Assembly: GCA_009691465.1 (NCBI GenBank)
Contig: SICK01000004.1
Coordinates: 1 to 35,421, forward strand
Direction: 5' to 3'
Length of the DNA: 35,421 bases
From: Candidatus Kaiserbacteria bacterium
GTDB taxonomy: Bacteria; Patescibacteriota; Minisyncoccia; Phycocordibacterales; SBAW01
Numbering within the stretch: the first letter of the stretch is position 1; each line of letters starts with the position of its first letter. The notes beneath the pieces are model-generated. The model did no database searches and was not told the origin of the DNA. It saw only the letters and a list, made by a program, of their open reading frames with translations. This document shows, piece by piece, positions 19,710 to 28,020 of the stretch. Made by a program: the position numbers and the translations under genes.

Positions 19710-20165
19710 ATGCCTTTTATAGTGCTGGCGCTCATAATCGCGGCGGCGCTGGGCGCCACCGTCTCGGTGGCGGCTCAAGACTCGCTCCCCGGCGACCCGT
19801 TGTGGGGGTTTAAAGTGCATATAAACGAGGGCGCTGCCGCCGCACTTGCCGCAGAGGGCCGCGCACAGGCCGACTTGGACCTTGCTGCCATAGCGACCCG
19901 CCTACAGGAGGCTGCCACGCTATCCGCCAAGGGCATCCTGTCCCCTGCGGCCAAAGCAGAGCTCGAGGCCAACATCGCTGGCCACGCCGAGCGCATAGAA
20001 ACAGAAATAAAAAAGCTCCAGACCCACGGTGACTACCTTGGGGCGGCCGACGTGGCGACGCGGTTTCAGGCCACGGTAGCGCAAGGCGTCTCCGGACCGC
20101 TCGACCTCCAGGCGGTGCTTGACCGAGCATCCGCACTATCAGCAAGCGCCACCCCCCTACCCTGA
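19710..20165 (+). CDS. DUF5667-like secreted or anchored helical protein
   Basis: Signal/TM helix, SLPGDPLWGFKVHINE, RLQEA. Confidence 0.75.
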   Translation: MPFIVLALIIAAALGATVSVAAQDSLPGDPLWGFKVHINEGAAAALAAEGRAQADLDLAAIATRLQEAATLSAKGILSPAAKAELEANIAGHAERIETEIKKLQTHGDYLGAADVATRFQATVAQGVSGPLDLQAVLDRASALSASATPLP

Positions 20166-20656
20166 TGTCCGACGCAATCTACTACAGCGTGTTGGGCTTT
20201 GCGTTTTGTCTTTCGTATGCGGGGATATTTTTTCTGTTCCGGTTCTTCTTTCGCGACCACTCAAGGATGAGCGAACGCGCGATAGCCGCGGCCGCGGGCA
20301 CTACGCTCGGATTTTTGGTCCTCACCAATATTTTTTATTACATCGTCCCCGACCACGAACTGCAAAACCGCCTCTTGCACGCCTTCGGCGGAGGGTTCTT
20401 GCTTTTTGTGGTGTGTTTCCTTGTTGCCCGGGACCTCGCCACCCGCATAGACCGCGTCCGGTTTTTTATATTTAGCTTTTTTATCGTCACCACGCTCGGG
20501 GTCGTCAACGAAATAGCCGAGCTCCTGTTGCACCTGTACTTTGGGATGTCCTACGCCACCAACCCGCTGGATACCGCCTTTGACCTCGTCAGCAACACAC
20601 TGGGCGCCCTCCTCGCCGCCGCCTGCGTCCTCCCGTTTTATAAACGTATAAAATAA
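20165..20656 (+). CDS. Membrane protein, DUF2238/VanZ-like
   Basis: HAFGG, NEIAE, DTAFDLVSNTLG motifs among TM helices; TGATG stop-start coupling. Confidence 0.7.
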   Translation: MSDAIYYSVLGFAFCLSYAGIFFLFRFFFRDHSRMSERAIAAAAGTTLGFLVLTNIFYYIVPDHELQNRLLHAFGGGFLLFVVCFLVARDLATRIDRVRFFIFSFFIVTTLGVVNEIAELLLHLYFGMSYATNPLDTAFDLVSNTLGALLAAACVLPFYKRIK

Positions 20657-20661
20657 AAGAT

Positions 20662-21216
20662 ATGGACCAGCTGCCGGTATCAATTACTGTAACGGTCGTG
20701 GTGCTCACCGCCTTCCTTATATTCATCACCGCGCTCAAATATGCGGGGTTGAGCGAGTTTTCCCGCACGCGGCTCATGATGACCTCGTTCTTTTGCTTCA
20801 TAGTCACGACGCTCACCATATCGTTTTGGCCCTACACGTTGGTGACGCTCCCCTTTACCATCCCCGCCTGTGTGGTGGGTATCGTGCTCGGTTATGCGCT
20901 GGGGGTGCGTGCGGCACGGCAGCGCCTAAGCGCCGAGGGTATGGTCCATTACATGGAGCACTTTGCGCACATCCACCCGACGCACTTAAAAAATCTCACG
21001 TGGTGGAGCCTAATCAACTTTTACTCGGTGATGAGCGCGCTCGTGCTTATCAACTTGGTGGGTTTTAGTACGGTGTTGTTTCGCGACGCGCAAACATTGG
21101 CAATTTTGACCAGCGCGGTCGGCGCCTTCCTGCTCGGCACCATCATCCCCTACCTTATCCACCTTTGGAGTATTAAAGCCAAACATCCCAGCACCAGCAG
21201 CACGAGCGAGAGGTAG
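20662..21216 (+). CDS. Hypothetical multi-pass membrane protein
   Basis: About five hydrophobic helices and a His-rich loop; 5 bp after the previous gene; 3' end overlaps cyoE. Confidence 0.7.
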   Translation: MDQLPVSITVTVVVLTAFLIFITALKYAGLSEFSRTRLMMTSFFCFIVTTLTISFWPYTLVTLPFTIPACVVGIVLGYALGVRAARQRLSAEGMVHYMEHFAHIHPTHLKNLTWWSLINFYSVMSALVLINLVGFSTVLFRDAQTLAILTSAVGAFLLGTIIPYLIHLWSIKAKHPSTSSTSER

Positions 21217-21845
21217 AACACTCTTCGGGCCCGTGCGCGCTCGCGGTCGTGTTGCGGGCGCCGCACCAACAAGGGCACGCCCGCGGCGCTGTACTCGTCA
21301 AAGCGATACCGTGCGATGGCCAAAAAGTGCGGTATCTGCCACAAAAATAAGAACAAGAAGAGCCCCAGCGCATAGAGGTCGAGTACGCCGGCCGCCGCGG
21401 CGTATCCCACGACCGGCGGCATAGCGCCCGCGACCGCGCCGGGTATGAGCGCGTACCCGCTGTGGGGTTTAAGCGGCGTGTAGACAAACACATAGACCAC
21501 AAACCCAAACAGTGCCGCCGCCAGCGTGAGCCAATTGACCAAAGCAAGCACGAGCGTCCCCACAACGATAAGCAATAATCCAAAAACAAATGCCGCACGC
21601 GGCCGCACGCGCCCCGCCGCCAGTGCGCGGGTTTTGGTGCGCTCCATGTGTTGGTCTAAAAGGCGGTCGGCGTAGTTATTAAACACACAGGCGCTTGCCA
21701 CCACAAAAGAAAGCCCGAGCAGCATCAAAAAAAATATCCGCCAATCAAATAGGCTGGGCGAGGCGAACACAAACGCCGCTGCGGCCACCAGCACGTTCAT
21801 ATACACCATGCGCGGCTTGGTCAGGTGATAATACTCGCTACTCAT
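21150..21845 (-). CDS. cyoE: Protoheme IX farnesyltransferase (heme O synthase), short form
   Basis: LTKPR, FNNYADRLLDQHMERTKTR, YTPLK, GAVAGAMPP, WQIPHF, DEYSAAGVP; ATG 21845. Confidence 0.93.
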   Translation of the reverse strand: MSSEYYHLTKPRMVYMNVLVAAAAFVFASPSLFDWRIFFLMLLGLSFVVASACVFNNYADRLLDQHMERTKTRALAAGRVRPRAAFVFGLLLIVVGTLVLALVNWLTLAAALFGFVVYVFVYTPLKPHSGYALIPGAVAGAMPPVVGYAAAAGVLDLYALGLFLFLFLWQIPHFLAIARYRFDEYSAAGVPLLVRRPQHDRERARARRVFYLSLVLLVLGCLALILQRWIR

Positions 21846-22203
21846 CGGGTGGTTGGGGGAAGATATTTTCTTCGACACGCACGTCGGGCTGCTCTTGCAT
21901 CTGGCTATGCGCGAGCGTGTGCATGATCCAGAGCGTCCCGCCGACGAGTATGGCGACGATAATAAGCGCAAAGGCAAAGAGAGTGAGGTTCCAGCGCGGC
22001 TTGTCTTCATCACCCAAGTGCAAGAAAAATATAAGTTGTACCAACAACTGGGCGAGCGCCAGCGCTACGAGGATGGGTACCATCGCGCTATGCGGGGGGA
22101 ACGTGTGCTGGTTATTGAGATGCTCCTGCAGAAGTCCAAAAGCCCCGAGCGTAAGTAGGAGGGAGATGCCGAAACCGATGCTGTAGGTGCGTAGCGTCTT
22201 CAT
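21838..22203 (-). CDS. cyoD: Cytochrome bo3 oxidase subunit IV
   Basis: YSIGF.ISLLLT, QLLVQLIFFLHL, GGTLWIM; ATG 22203. Confidence 0.93.
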   Translation of the reverse strand: MKTLRTYSIGFGISLLLTLGAFGLLQEHLNNQHTFPPHSAMVPILVALALAQLLVQLIFFLHLGDEDKPRWNLTLFAFALIIVAILVGGTLWIMHTLAHSQMQEQPDVRVEENIFPQPPDE

Positions 22204-22763
22204 AGTGCGAGAGCTCCAAACAAGTAGACGAAGGTAAATATGAATATCCAGATGATATCGAGGAAGTGCCAAAACAATCCAAAACACGCGAGCTTGCGCA
22301 GCGTACCTTCGGAAAGGCCCCTAAGGGCGACGTGCAACATAATCACCAGCATCCACAGCGACCCGAGCGCGACGTGCAGACCGTGCGTCCCCACCAGCAC
22401 AAAGAATGCCGACAGCGAGGCGCTTGTGCTCGGCCCGCTCCCCTCTGCAATCAGACGGCCAAACTCATGTAATTCCATCCCCAAAAATGTCAGGCCAAGC
22501 AGGAGTGTCAGTGCAAGCGCGCCGAGCGCAAGAACTTTTTTATGGTGTCGCGCCGCAAGCAGTGCGAGCCCGGCCATAAAGCTCGACGTGAGCAGCAGCA
22601 GTGTCTCGACCAGGACAAACGGCAGGCTGACAAAGTCCTGTACCGACGGAGCGCCAAACGTGGCACCCTGCAACACCGCATAGGTGGCAAAGAGTCCTGC
22701 AAAGAGCACACAGTCGCTCATGAGGTAGACCCAGAAACCAAAGGTTACTTTGTCGTTAGGCAT
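22200..22763 (-). CDS. cyoC: Cytochrome bo3 oxidase subunit III
   Basis: [32 protein letters not shown]; ATG 22763. Confidence 0.95.
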   Translation of the reverse strand: MPNDKVTFGFWVYLMSDCVLFAGLFATYAVLQGATFGAPSVQDFVSLPFVLVETLLLLTSSFMAGLALLAARHHKKVLALGALALTLLLGLTFLGMELHEFGRLIAEGSGPSTSASLSAFFVLVGTHGLHVALGSLWMLVIMLHVALRGLSEGTLRKLACFGLFWHFLDIIWIFIFTFVYLFGALAL

Positions 22764-24555
22764 GGTGTGTTTCAAAAGACCGGACGATGAGTAGCGCCAC
22801 AATACCCACCACACCAAGCGTAGCGAGCCACCAGATATGCCAGACGAGGGCAAACCCAAAGACGAGCGCACCTGCGGCTATCAATAATCCTCCGGAGGTA
22901 TTTTCATTGAGTGGCGAGGCAGGCGGCGGCGAGGTGGTTGTCCACTCCAAGTGGGTGCCGTTCCAGGGATTGTTGCCGGCGGGATTTTTTTTGCGGTCGC
23001 GGATACTCACCACCAATTGCAGAAATTGGAAGAGCATCCCGAGCCCTATCACGCATGCGCCGACGGCCGCGACCACGAGCAACGGCTGGAACTCGACCCC
23101 CACCTCGCTTAGACGCCGTGTCATCCCCATCAAACCCAGTGCATAGAGCGGGATAAACGCAAGCAAAAATCCGACAATCCAACTCCAGAACGCATAGACG
23201 CCCAGACGCTCGTTGAGCATAAAGCCAAATATTTTGGGGAACCAGTACACAAACCCCGCAAAGAACCCGAACAGCACGCCGCCGATGACCATGTTATGGA
23301 AGTGCGCCACCAAAAAGAGACTGTTGTGGAGCTGAAAGTCGATGCCGGGGATAGACATCAGCACCCCCGTCATCCCACCGAGAATAAACGTGGTCAAAAA
23401 TCCCATAAACCACAGCATCGGTGTTGCAAAAATGATGCGGCCGCGGAACATCGTAAAGAGCCAGTTGAACACTTTGACCCCGGTGGGTATCGCGATGACC
23501 ATAGTCATAATGCCAAAGAACGCGTTGACGTTTGCCGATGCGCCCATCGTAAAGAAGTGATGCACCCACACCACGAACGAGAGTACGACGATAGACATAG
23601 TCGCCACCACCATCGACGTGTAGCCAAAAAGGCGTTTTTGAGAGAAGGTCGGCACAATTTCTGAAAAAGCGCCGAAGGCGGGCAGGATTAAAATATAGAC
23701 CTCCGGATGGCCCCACGCCCAAATGAGGTTGACGTACATCATCGCCGAGCCGCCGAGGTCGGTCGTAAAGAAGTGTAGCCCGAGTGTGCGGTCGAGCGAG
23801 AGTAATGCGAGCGTTGCGGTGAGTATGGGGAATGCGAAGATGACCAAGAGCATCGAGCCGAGTGCCGTCCAAACAAATATCGGCATCTTCATAAGCGACA
23901 TCCCGGGCACGCGCATCTTGAGTATGGTGACCAAAAAGTTGATGCCGGAAAGGAGCGTGCCGACGCCCGCGATTTGGAGCGCCCATATGTAGTAGTCCAC
24001 GCCGACCCCGGGGCTGAAGTAGAGCTCCGAGAGCGGCGGGTAGGCAAGCCAGCCGGTGGCGGCAAACTCCCCCACCACCAGCGACAGGTTGATGAGCGCC
24101 GCGCCGGCGACGGTGAGCCAGAAGCTCATCGAGTTGAGGAAAGGGTACGCAACATCGCGCGCGCCTATTTGGAGCGGCACAATGCAGTTGATCAGCCCGA
24201 ACATAAACGGCATCGCCACAAAAAAAATCATAATAACGCCGTGCGCGGTAAACACCTGCGCGTAATGGTCGGGCGAGAGGTACCCCGCGCCGTCGCCTAC
24301 GGCGAGCACCTGTTGGGCGCGCATCATAAAAGCGTCGACGGCACCGCGCGCGAGCATCACAAAGGACAGCGCGATATACATGACACCTATTTTTTTGTGG
24401 TCGGTGGTGGTGAGCCAGTGTTTGTAGAGCCACCCCCAGCGCTGGTAGTAGGTCAAGAGCCCCACCACGGCGAGTACGCCGAAGAGCACCGACAGTTGTG
24501 CAACCGTCTCTATCGGGCCGTGCAAAAACGCATTTAAGGTAAGTGTGCCAAACAT
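22756..24555 (-). CDS. cyoB: Cytochrome bo3 ubiquinol oxidase subunit I
   Basis: DHKKIG; quinol-site R..D and H..Q; TAHG; ARDVAYP; WGHPEVY; WVHH; PTGVK; AHFH. Confidence 0.97.
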   Translation of the reverse strand: MFGTLTLNAFLHGPIETVAQLSVLFGVLAVVGLLTYYQRWGWLYKHWLTTTDHKKIGVMYIALSFVMLARGAVDAFMMRAQQVLAVGDGAGYLSPDHYAQVFTAHGVIMIFFVAMPFMFGLINCIVPLQIGARDVAYPFLNSMSFWLTVAGAALINLSLVVGEFAATGWLAYPPLSELYFSPGVGVDYYIWALQIAGVGTLLSGINFLVTILKMRVPGMSLMKMPIFVWTALGSMLLVIFAFPILTATLALLSLDRTLGLHFFTTDLGGSAMMYVNLIWAWGHPEVYILILPAFGAFSEIVPTFSQKRLFGYTSMVVATMSIVVLSFVVWVHHFFTMGASANVNAFFGIMTMVIAIPTGVKVFNWLFTMFRGRIIFATPMLWFMGFLTTFILGGMTGVLMSIPGIDFQLHNSLFLVAHFHNMVIGGVLFGFFAGFVYWFPKIFGFMLNERLGVYAFWSWIVGFLLAFIPLYALGLMGMTRRLSEVGVEFQPLLVVAAVGACVIGLGMLFQFLQLVVSIRDRKKNPAGNNPWNGTHLEWTTTSPPPASPLNENTSGGLLIAAGALVFGFALVWHIWWLATLGVVGIVALLIVRSFETHHA

Positions 24556-24556
24556 G

Positions 24557-25366
24557 TTAGTGCGCGTGGGCCGGGGCCTGCGGCCCCGTAAATTTTGTCA
24601 CTATTGTATTGTAGAGGCTATTTTCGGCGGTGCCGTAATAGACGGCCGGGCCGGCGGCGCTAGGGGCAGCGAGCGGCACATAGGTGTGGTGGTCCAACAC
24701 CAAAGGAGACTCTTTGACCCGCTGTACCCACGCGTCAAAATCCTCCGGCGAGAGCGCCTTGGCCACAAACTTCATCTGCGCAAAACCCGCGCCGCTGTAG
24801 TTGGCCGACATACCGGCAAACGTCCCCGGTTTGTCCGCGACCAAGTTCAGTATGTTGACCATGCCGGTCATTGCATATATCTGGCCGCCCAACTGCGGTA
24901 TCCAAAACGAGTTCATCGGCGCATCGGCCGTGACCTCAAAGCGGACCGGGCGCCCGACCGGCACGGCGAGCTCGTTGACCGTAGCAACCTGCTCTGTTGG
25001 GTATATAAAAAGCCACTTCCAGTCGAGCGCGACCACTTGGACCACGAGCGGTGCCCCACCCGGGAGCGGCAGCCGCGGGTCGAGCTGGTGCGTGCTCGTC
25101 CACGTGAGCGCACCGAGTATGAGCACTATCTCAAACGGGATAGCCCACCACACCAACTCTTCGAGCTTGCCGTGTTGCCAGTTGGGCAGGTACTTGGCCT
25201 TGGTGTTGCCCGCGCGGTAGCGCCATGCAAAAAAGAACAGCAGGCTCAACACCGGCACTGCCACGATAAACATCAGCAAGGTGGCGCTGACCAGCAGGCC
25301 GCGTTCTGCGAGCGCGACAGAGCCTTGTGGTTGGAGTACGGCAAACGCGCCGAGCAAGTACATCAT
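24557..25366 (-). CDS. cyoA: Cytochrome bo3 ubiquinol oxidase subunit II
   Basis: [41 protein letters not shown] with no CuA ligands; start is 25366 or 25363. Confidence 0.95.
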   Translation of the reverse strand: MMYLLGAFAVLQPQGSVALAERGLLVSATLLMFIVAVPVLSLLFFFAWRYRAGNTKAKYLPNWQHGKLEELVWWAIPFEIVLILGALTWTSTHQLDPRLPLPGGAPLVVQVVALDWKWLFIYPTEQVATVNELAVPVGRPVRFEVTADAPMNSFWIPQLGGQIYAMTGMVNILNLVADKPGTFAGMSANYSGAGFAQMKFVAKALSPEDFDAWVQRVKESPLVLDHHTYVPLAAPSAAGPAVYYGTAENSLYNTIVTKFTGPQAPAHAH

Positions 25367-25443
25367 GCTCAATAGTAGCATTGTATCTTTGTGCGCGATG
25401 CGGTAGTTTTCTATAGTAGAAGGACAGATACAGAGGTGTCGCA

Positions 25444-26193
25444 ATGAATCTGCTACTGCCGGACCTACTGTCGTCAGTTGCTCCACCGGCACTGCTCGAA
25501 GTGCCCAAGAGCTTGTGCTTGACGCCGGACAAGAACCGCACGTGGGCCGCGTTTTTTGGGCTCTCGGCGATGGACGGGCACAGCAAGGGTCGAGAAGTCG
25601 CCGAGACGGTCATACAGGCGGCGTTCGATGCCGGTACCGATGATGTCGCCGTCTGGATGATGTCGGCGTCCAACAAGGGCAAGCGCCCGACCTTTGAGCA
25701 GGATCATCTTAAGAATCTGCTCAAAGAGGCCATCCGTAGTCGCGAGGAGAAGAAGGACGAGGTCGGCTTCTACGTGTGCGGTCCGCTGCACGTGTTTCGG
25801 GACCCCGAGCTCGACGACCTGGTGGCCCGTGCTCACGAGCGCAACTCCCCGACCTTCCGCAAGCGGCTCACGGTGTTGTGCGCGTACCGCGGGATATCGG
25901 ACTTTAAGCAGGCGGCGGCGCGCGTTTGTGAAGAGATGGGGCCGGAGGCGGTGGAAAACGAGGACATGATCCGGCGGTTTATGTGGATCAAGCATCTGCC
26001 GCCGCAGATTGATATGTTTCTGCGTACGGGTGTCGACCCCCAGAATCGGCACAACTCGGACTCGCTGCTGCCGCTCCACGGCGAACAGGCGTTCGTGTAC
26101 GACACGCCCGTGTGGTGGCCCGACTTTACCGTCGCCCACCTCTACGAGGCGTTTCGGTGCTTCGGCGAAAGCAAGCGCCCCCGCGGCGCATAA
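25444..26193 (+). CDS. Divergent cis-prenyltransferase (UppS family)
   Basis: PDKNRTWA (cf. DGNRRWA), GH..G, SASN..RP..E, DMFLRTG, WWPDF, C-terminal RG; GAGGTG SD. Confidence 0.8.
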   Translation: MNLLLPDLLSSVAPPALLEVPKSLCLTPDKNRTWAAFFGLSAMDGHSKGREVAETVIQAAFDAGTDDVAVWMMSASNKGKRPTFEQDHLKNLLKEAIRSREEKKDEVGFYVCGPLHVFRDPELDDLVARAHERNSPTFRKRLTVLCAYRGISDFKQAAARVCEEMGPEAVENEDMIRRFMWIKHLPPQIDMFLRTGVDPQNRHNSDSLLPLHGEQAFVYDTPVWWPDFTVAHLYEAFRCFGESKRPRGA

Positions 26194-26218
26194 CGGACAC
26201 CTCGGTGTCCGTTTTTTT
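26192..26218 (+). terminator. Intrinsic terminator
   Basis: AACGGACACC-TC-GGTGTCCGTT followed by a T run. Confidence 0.8.
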
Positions 26219-26225
26219 ATTTTTG

Positions 26226-26296
26226 TGGACTCATCGGGAATCGGACCCGAGCCTCGTCAATGCGAATGACGCGTAATACCACTTTACTATGAGCCC
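26226..26296 (-). tRNA. tRNA-Ala(CGC)
   Basis: Anticodon arm CGTCA-TTCGCAT-TGACG; G3:U70 pair; variant T-loop TCCGATT. Confidence 0.9.
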
Positions 26297-26298
26297 GG

Positions 26299-26369
26299 TC
26301 GGGCTGCTGGGAATCGAACCCAGTCTTCACGCACCCGAAGCGCGCGTACTACCGGTATACTACAGCCCG
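26299..26369 (-). tRNA. tRNA-Pro(CGG)
   Basis: CGGGCTG acceptor; anticodon arm CGCGC-TTCGGGT-GCGTG; GGTTCGATTCC T-arm. Confidence 0.93.
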
Positions 26370-26371
26370 CG

Positions 26372-26401
26372 TGCCCTCCCGTAGCTTTATGCGAAGGAGG
26401 G
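26372..26401. repeat. About 30-bp palindromic repeat, family A, intergenic copy
   Basis: TGCCCTCCCGTAGCTTTATGCGAAGGAGGG; related copies at 29447-29475 (reverse) and 32475-32504. Confidence 0.8.
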
Positions 26402-26468
26402 AATGCTGACGAAATATACCAGTAAAAAGAAAAAGGGTCGAGCTTACGCTCGACCCGACGCCCGTGAC

Positions 26469-26909
26469 TTACCCCTGCCCGTGTGCGTCCTGCGACACCT
26501 TCGCCTTGCGCCGTCGCGGTTGCGGCGGTGGCGGCACGTCCGGGATGCACTGCGTCTTGTCCAGAATAAACCTGCCGATGGCCGAAGCCGCGGGTAGCCC
26601 GAGCCGCTTTGCAAACTTCTTGAAGCCGGGGAGGTTCTGGTAATTCCCCTGCTTGAGGTCCGCGATAGTCCATTGCTGACACTGACCCTTGATGTCCTTC
26701 GAGGAGCCGGTTACATACGCCCGGCCGAAGAGCGCCCCGGTTGCATCCCGTCCATACTTGATGATCAGACGGTCGTGCGCGGCCCCTTCGCCGGACCAGA
26801 GCTCCCGAATCTCGTAAGCCCTGATGACCACCGACGGCCGCCCGTCGGTCCCCAGTGTGTCCGGGTCCAACACCTTACGCGTAAGCTGGTGCATGATTTT
26901 GCACGGCAT
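26469..26909 (-). CDS. Orphan hypothetical protein
   Basis: 146-aa ORF with AGGGG SD and a TAGACA-17-TATGGT promoter-like sequence upstream; no family recognised. Confidence 0.6.
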   Translation of the reverse strand: MPCKIMHQLTRKVLDPDTLGTDGRPSVVIRAYEIRELWSGEGAAHDRLIIKYGRDATGALFGRAYVTGSSKDIKGQCQQWTIADLKQGNYQNLPGFKKFAKRLGLPAASAIGRFILDKTQCIPDVPPPPQPRRRKAKVSQDAHGQG

Positions 26910-27135
26910 CGATAGCCCCTATGTGCTTGCCTCACCCCCGGCCCAGTGCCGGTGGTATGTCCAAAACCATACTACTCTGCTTTGTATTTGTCTAATGCTG
27001 TTTGTGGTGGTCACAAGCTCGTTTGCACCGTCGCGCAAACGCCTCGCGACCCCGGCTCGCGGTTTTGCAAGTGCAAAACATCGCTCCGCCTTGCACCAAG
27101 CACAAAACCTGCCGCAGGGCAGGTTGTTATGTCTT

Positions 27136-27212
27136 TGGTGCACCCTGTAGGACTCGAACCTACTACCTCTGCAATGTGAATGCAGCGCTCTAACCAGATG
27201 AGCTAAGGGTGC
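27136..27212 (-). tRNA. tRNA-Val(CAC)
   Basis: Anticodon arm CTGCA-TTCACAT-TGCAG; GGTTCGAGTCC; CCA encoded. Confidence 0.95.
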
Positions 27213-27297
27213 GCGAGATTTATCCTACCCTAGAAATTTTAAAAAAAGAAAGCCTATGCTTTATATTTTCCTTAAAAAAAGCTAGAGTAGTGTATAA

Positions 27298-27370
27298 GGG
27301 CCCTTAGCTCACTTGGTAGAGCGCCTCATTTGCAATGAGGAGGTAACCGGTTCGATCCCGGTAGGGTCCA
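27298..27370 (+). tRNA. tRNA-Ala(TGC)
   Basis: Anticodon arm CCTCA-TTTGCAA-TGAGG; G3:U70 pair; CCA not encoded. Confidence 0.95.
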
Positions 27371-27482
27371 CAAAATATCCAAGTATTTTCCTTTCCTCGT
27401 CAAGAACGGCAAAATATCCAGAAATCGCCTATAGACGGCGGCTATCCCCAGTTTACCCACACCTAATCCCCACCCGTCTTCA

Positions 27483-27510
27483 TTGACGCTTGCCCCCTTT
27501 TATATATAGT
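27483..27510 (+). promoter_or_regulatory. Sigma-70-like promoter for the microprotein gene
   Basis: TTGACG, 16-bp spacer, TATAGT. Confidence 0.6.
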
Positions 27511-27552
27511 ACCCGTCCGGCCTAAGTCGGCTTCTTTTCGGGAGGAATCCAT

Positions 27553-27636
27553 ATGGACCTCGCGTTGAGGTTGAATGTTCTTGCCACCGGCGCAGTCATC
27601 GTGTTTGTCGGTGCCATCCTGTTCGGCGCGTTCTGA
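27553..27636 (+). CDS. 27-aa single-pass membrane microprotein MDLALRLNVLATGAVIVFVGAILFGAF
   Basis: GGAGGA SD at 27541-27546, ATG 27553, TGA 27634-27636; promoter upstream and terminator downstream; below the ORF-track size cutoff. Confidence 0.7.
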   Translation: MDLALRLNVLATGAVIVFVGAILFGAF

Positions 27637-27661
27637 CCATCTGTTCATCTGTGCAGTTCCC

Positions 27662-27688
27662 AAGGCCGCCTTACCCGCGGCCTTTTTT
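27662..27688 (+). terminator. Intrinsic terminator
   Basis: AAGGCCGC-CTTACCC-GCGGCCTT followed by a T run. Confidence 0.75.
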
Positions 27689-28019
27689 ATTTCAATTCGT
27701 CTATCTTCGCCGCCACAATGAAATCGTTTTCCGAAAGGCCGTCCATCGCGTGAGTCATAAGCTCAACACCCAAGCTCCCCCAGGCTACCGTTAGGTCCGG
27801 GTGATGATTCTCCTCCTCGGCGATTTTACCAATCTTGTTGGCCATGTCGAGCGCCTCTTGGAAGTTTTTAAACCGGAAGGTCCGCGCCAGCATCCGATGC
27901 TGGTCGATGAGCATCCACTCGGGGCTCAGCTGCTGCATCAAGACCTCTACCTGGTCCGGATTGAGCGGCTCGCCCCCTTCCTCGCACGGCACACATTTTC
28001 GTTTGGCTAGTTCAGACAT
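27687..28019 (-). CDS. phhB: Pterin-4-alpha-carbinolamine dehydratase
   Basis: CVPCE, F.FKNF, AEEENHHPD, THA..GLSENDFIVAAKID. Confidence 0.93.
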   Translation of the reverse strand: MSELAKRKCVPCEEGGEPLNPDQVEVLMQQLSPEWMLIDQHRMLARTFRFKNFQEALDMANKIGKIAEEENHHPDLTVAWGSLGVELMTHAMDGLSENDFIVAAKIDELK

Positions 28020-28020
28020 A

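Noticed and set aside
23294-24433. 379-aa alternative-frame ORF inside cyoB
   Set aside because: Arg-rich low-complexity translation expected from an off-frame read of GC-rich DNA
26919-27143. 74-aa ORF beginning at the tRNA-Val 3' end
   Set aside because: Overlaps the tRNA, the hairpins and the downstream promoter; no coding features
27463-27663. 66-aa minus-strand ORF
   Set aside because: Antisense to the better-supported 27-aa microprotein, which has an SD, promoter and terminator
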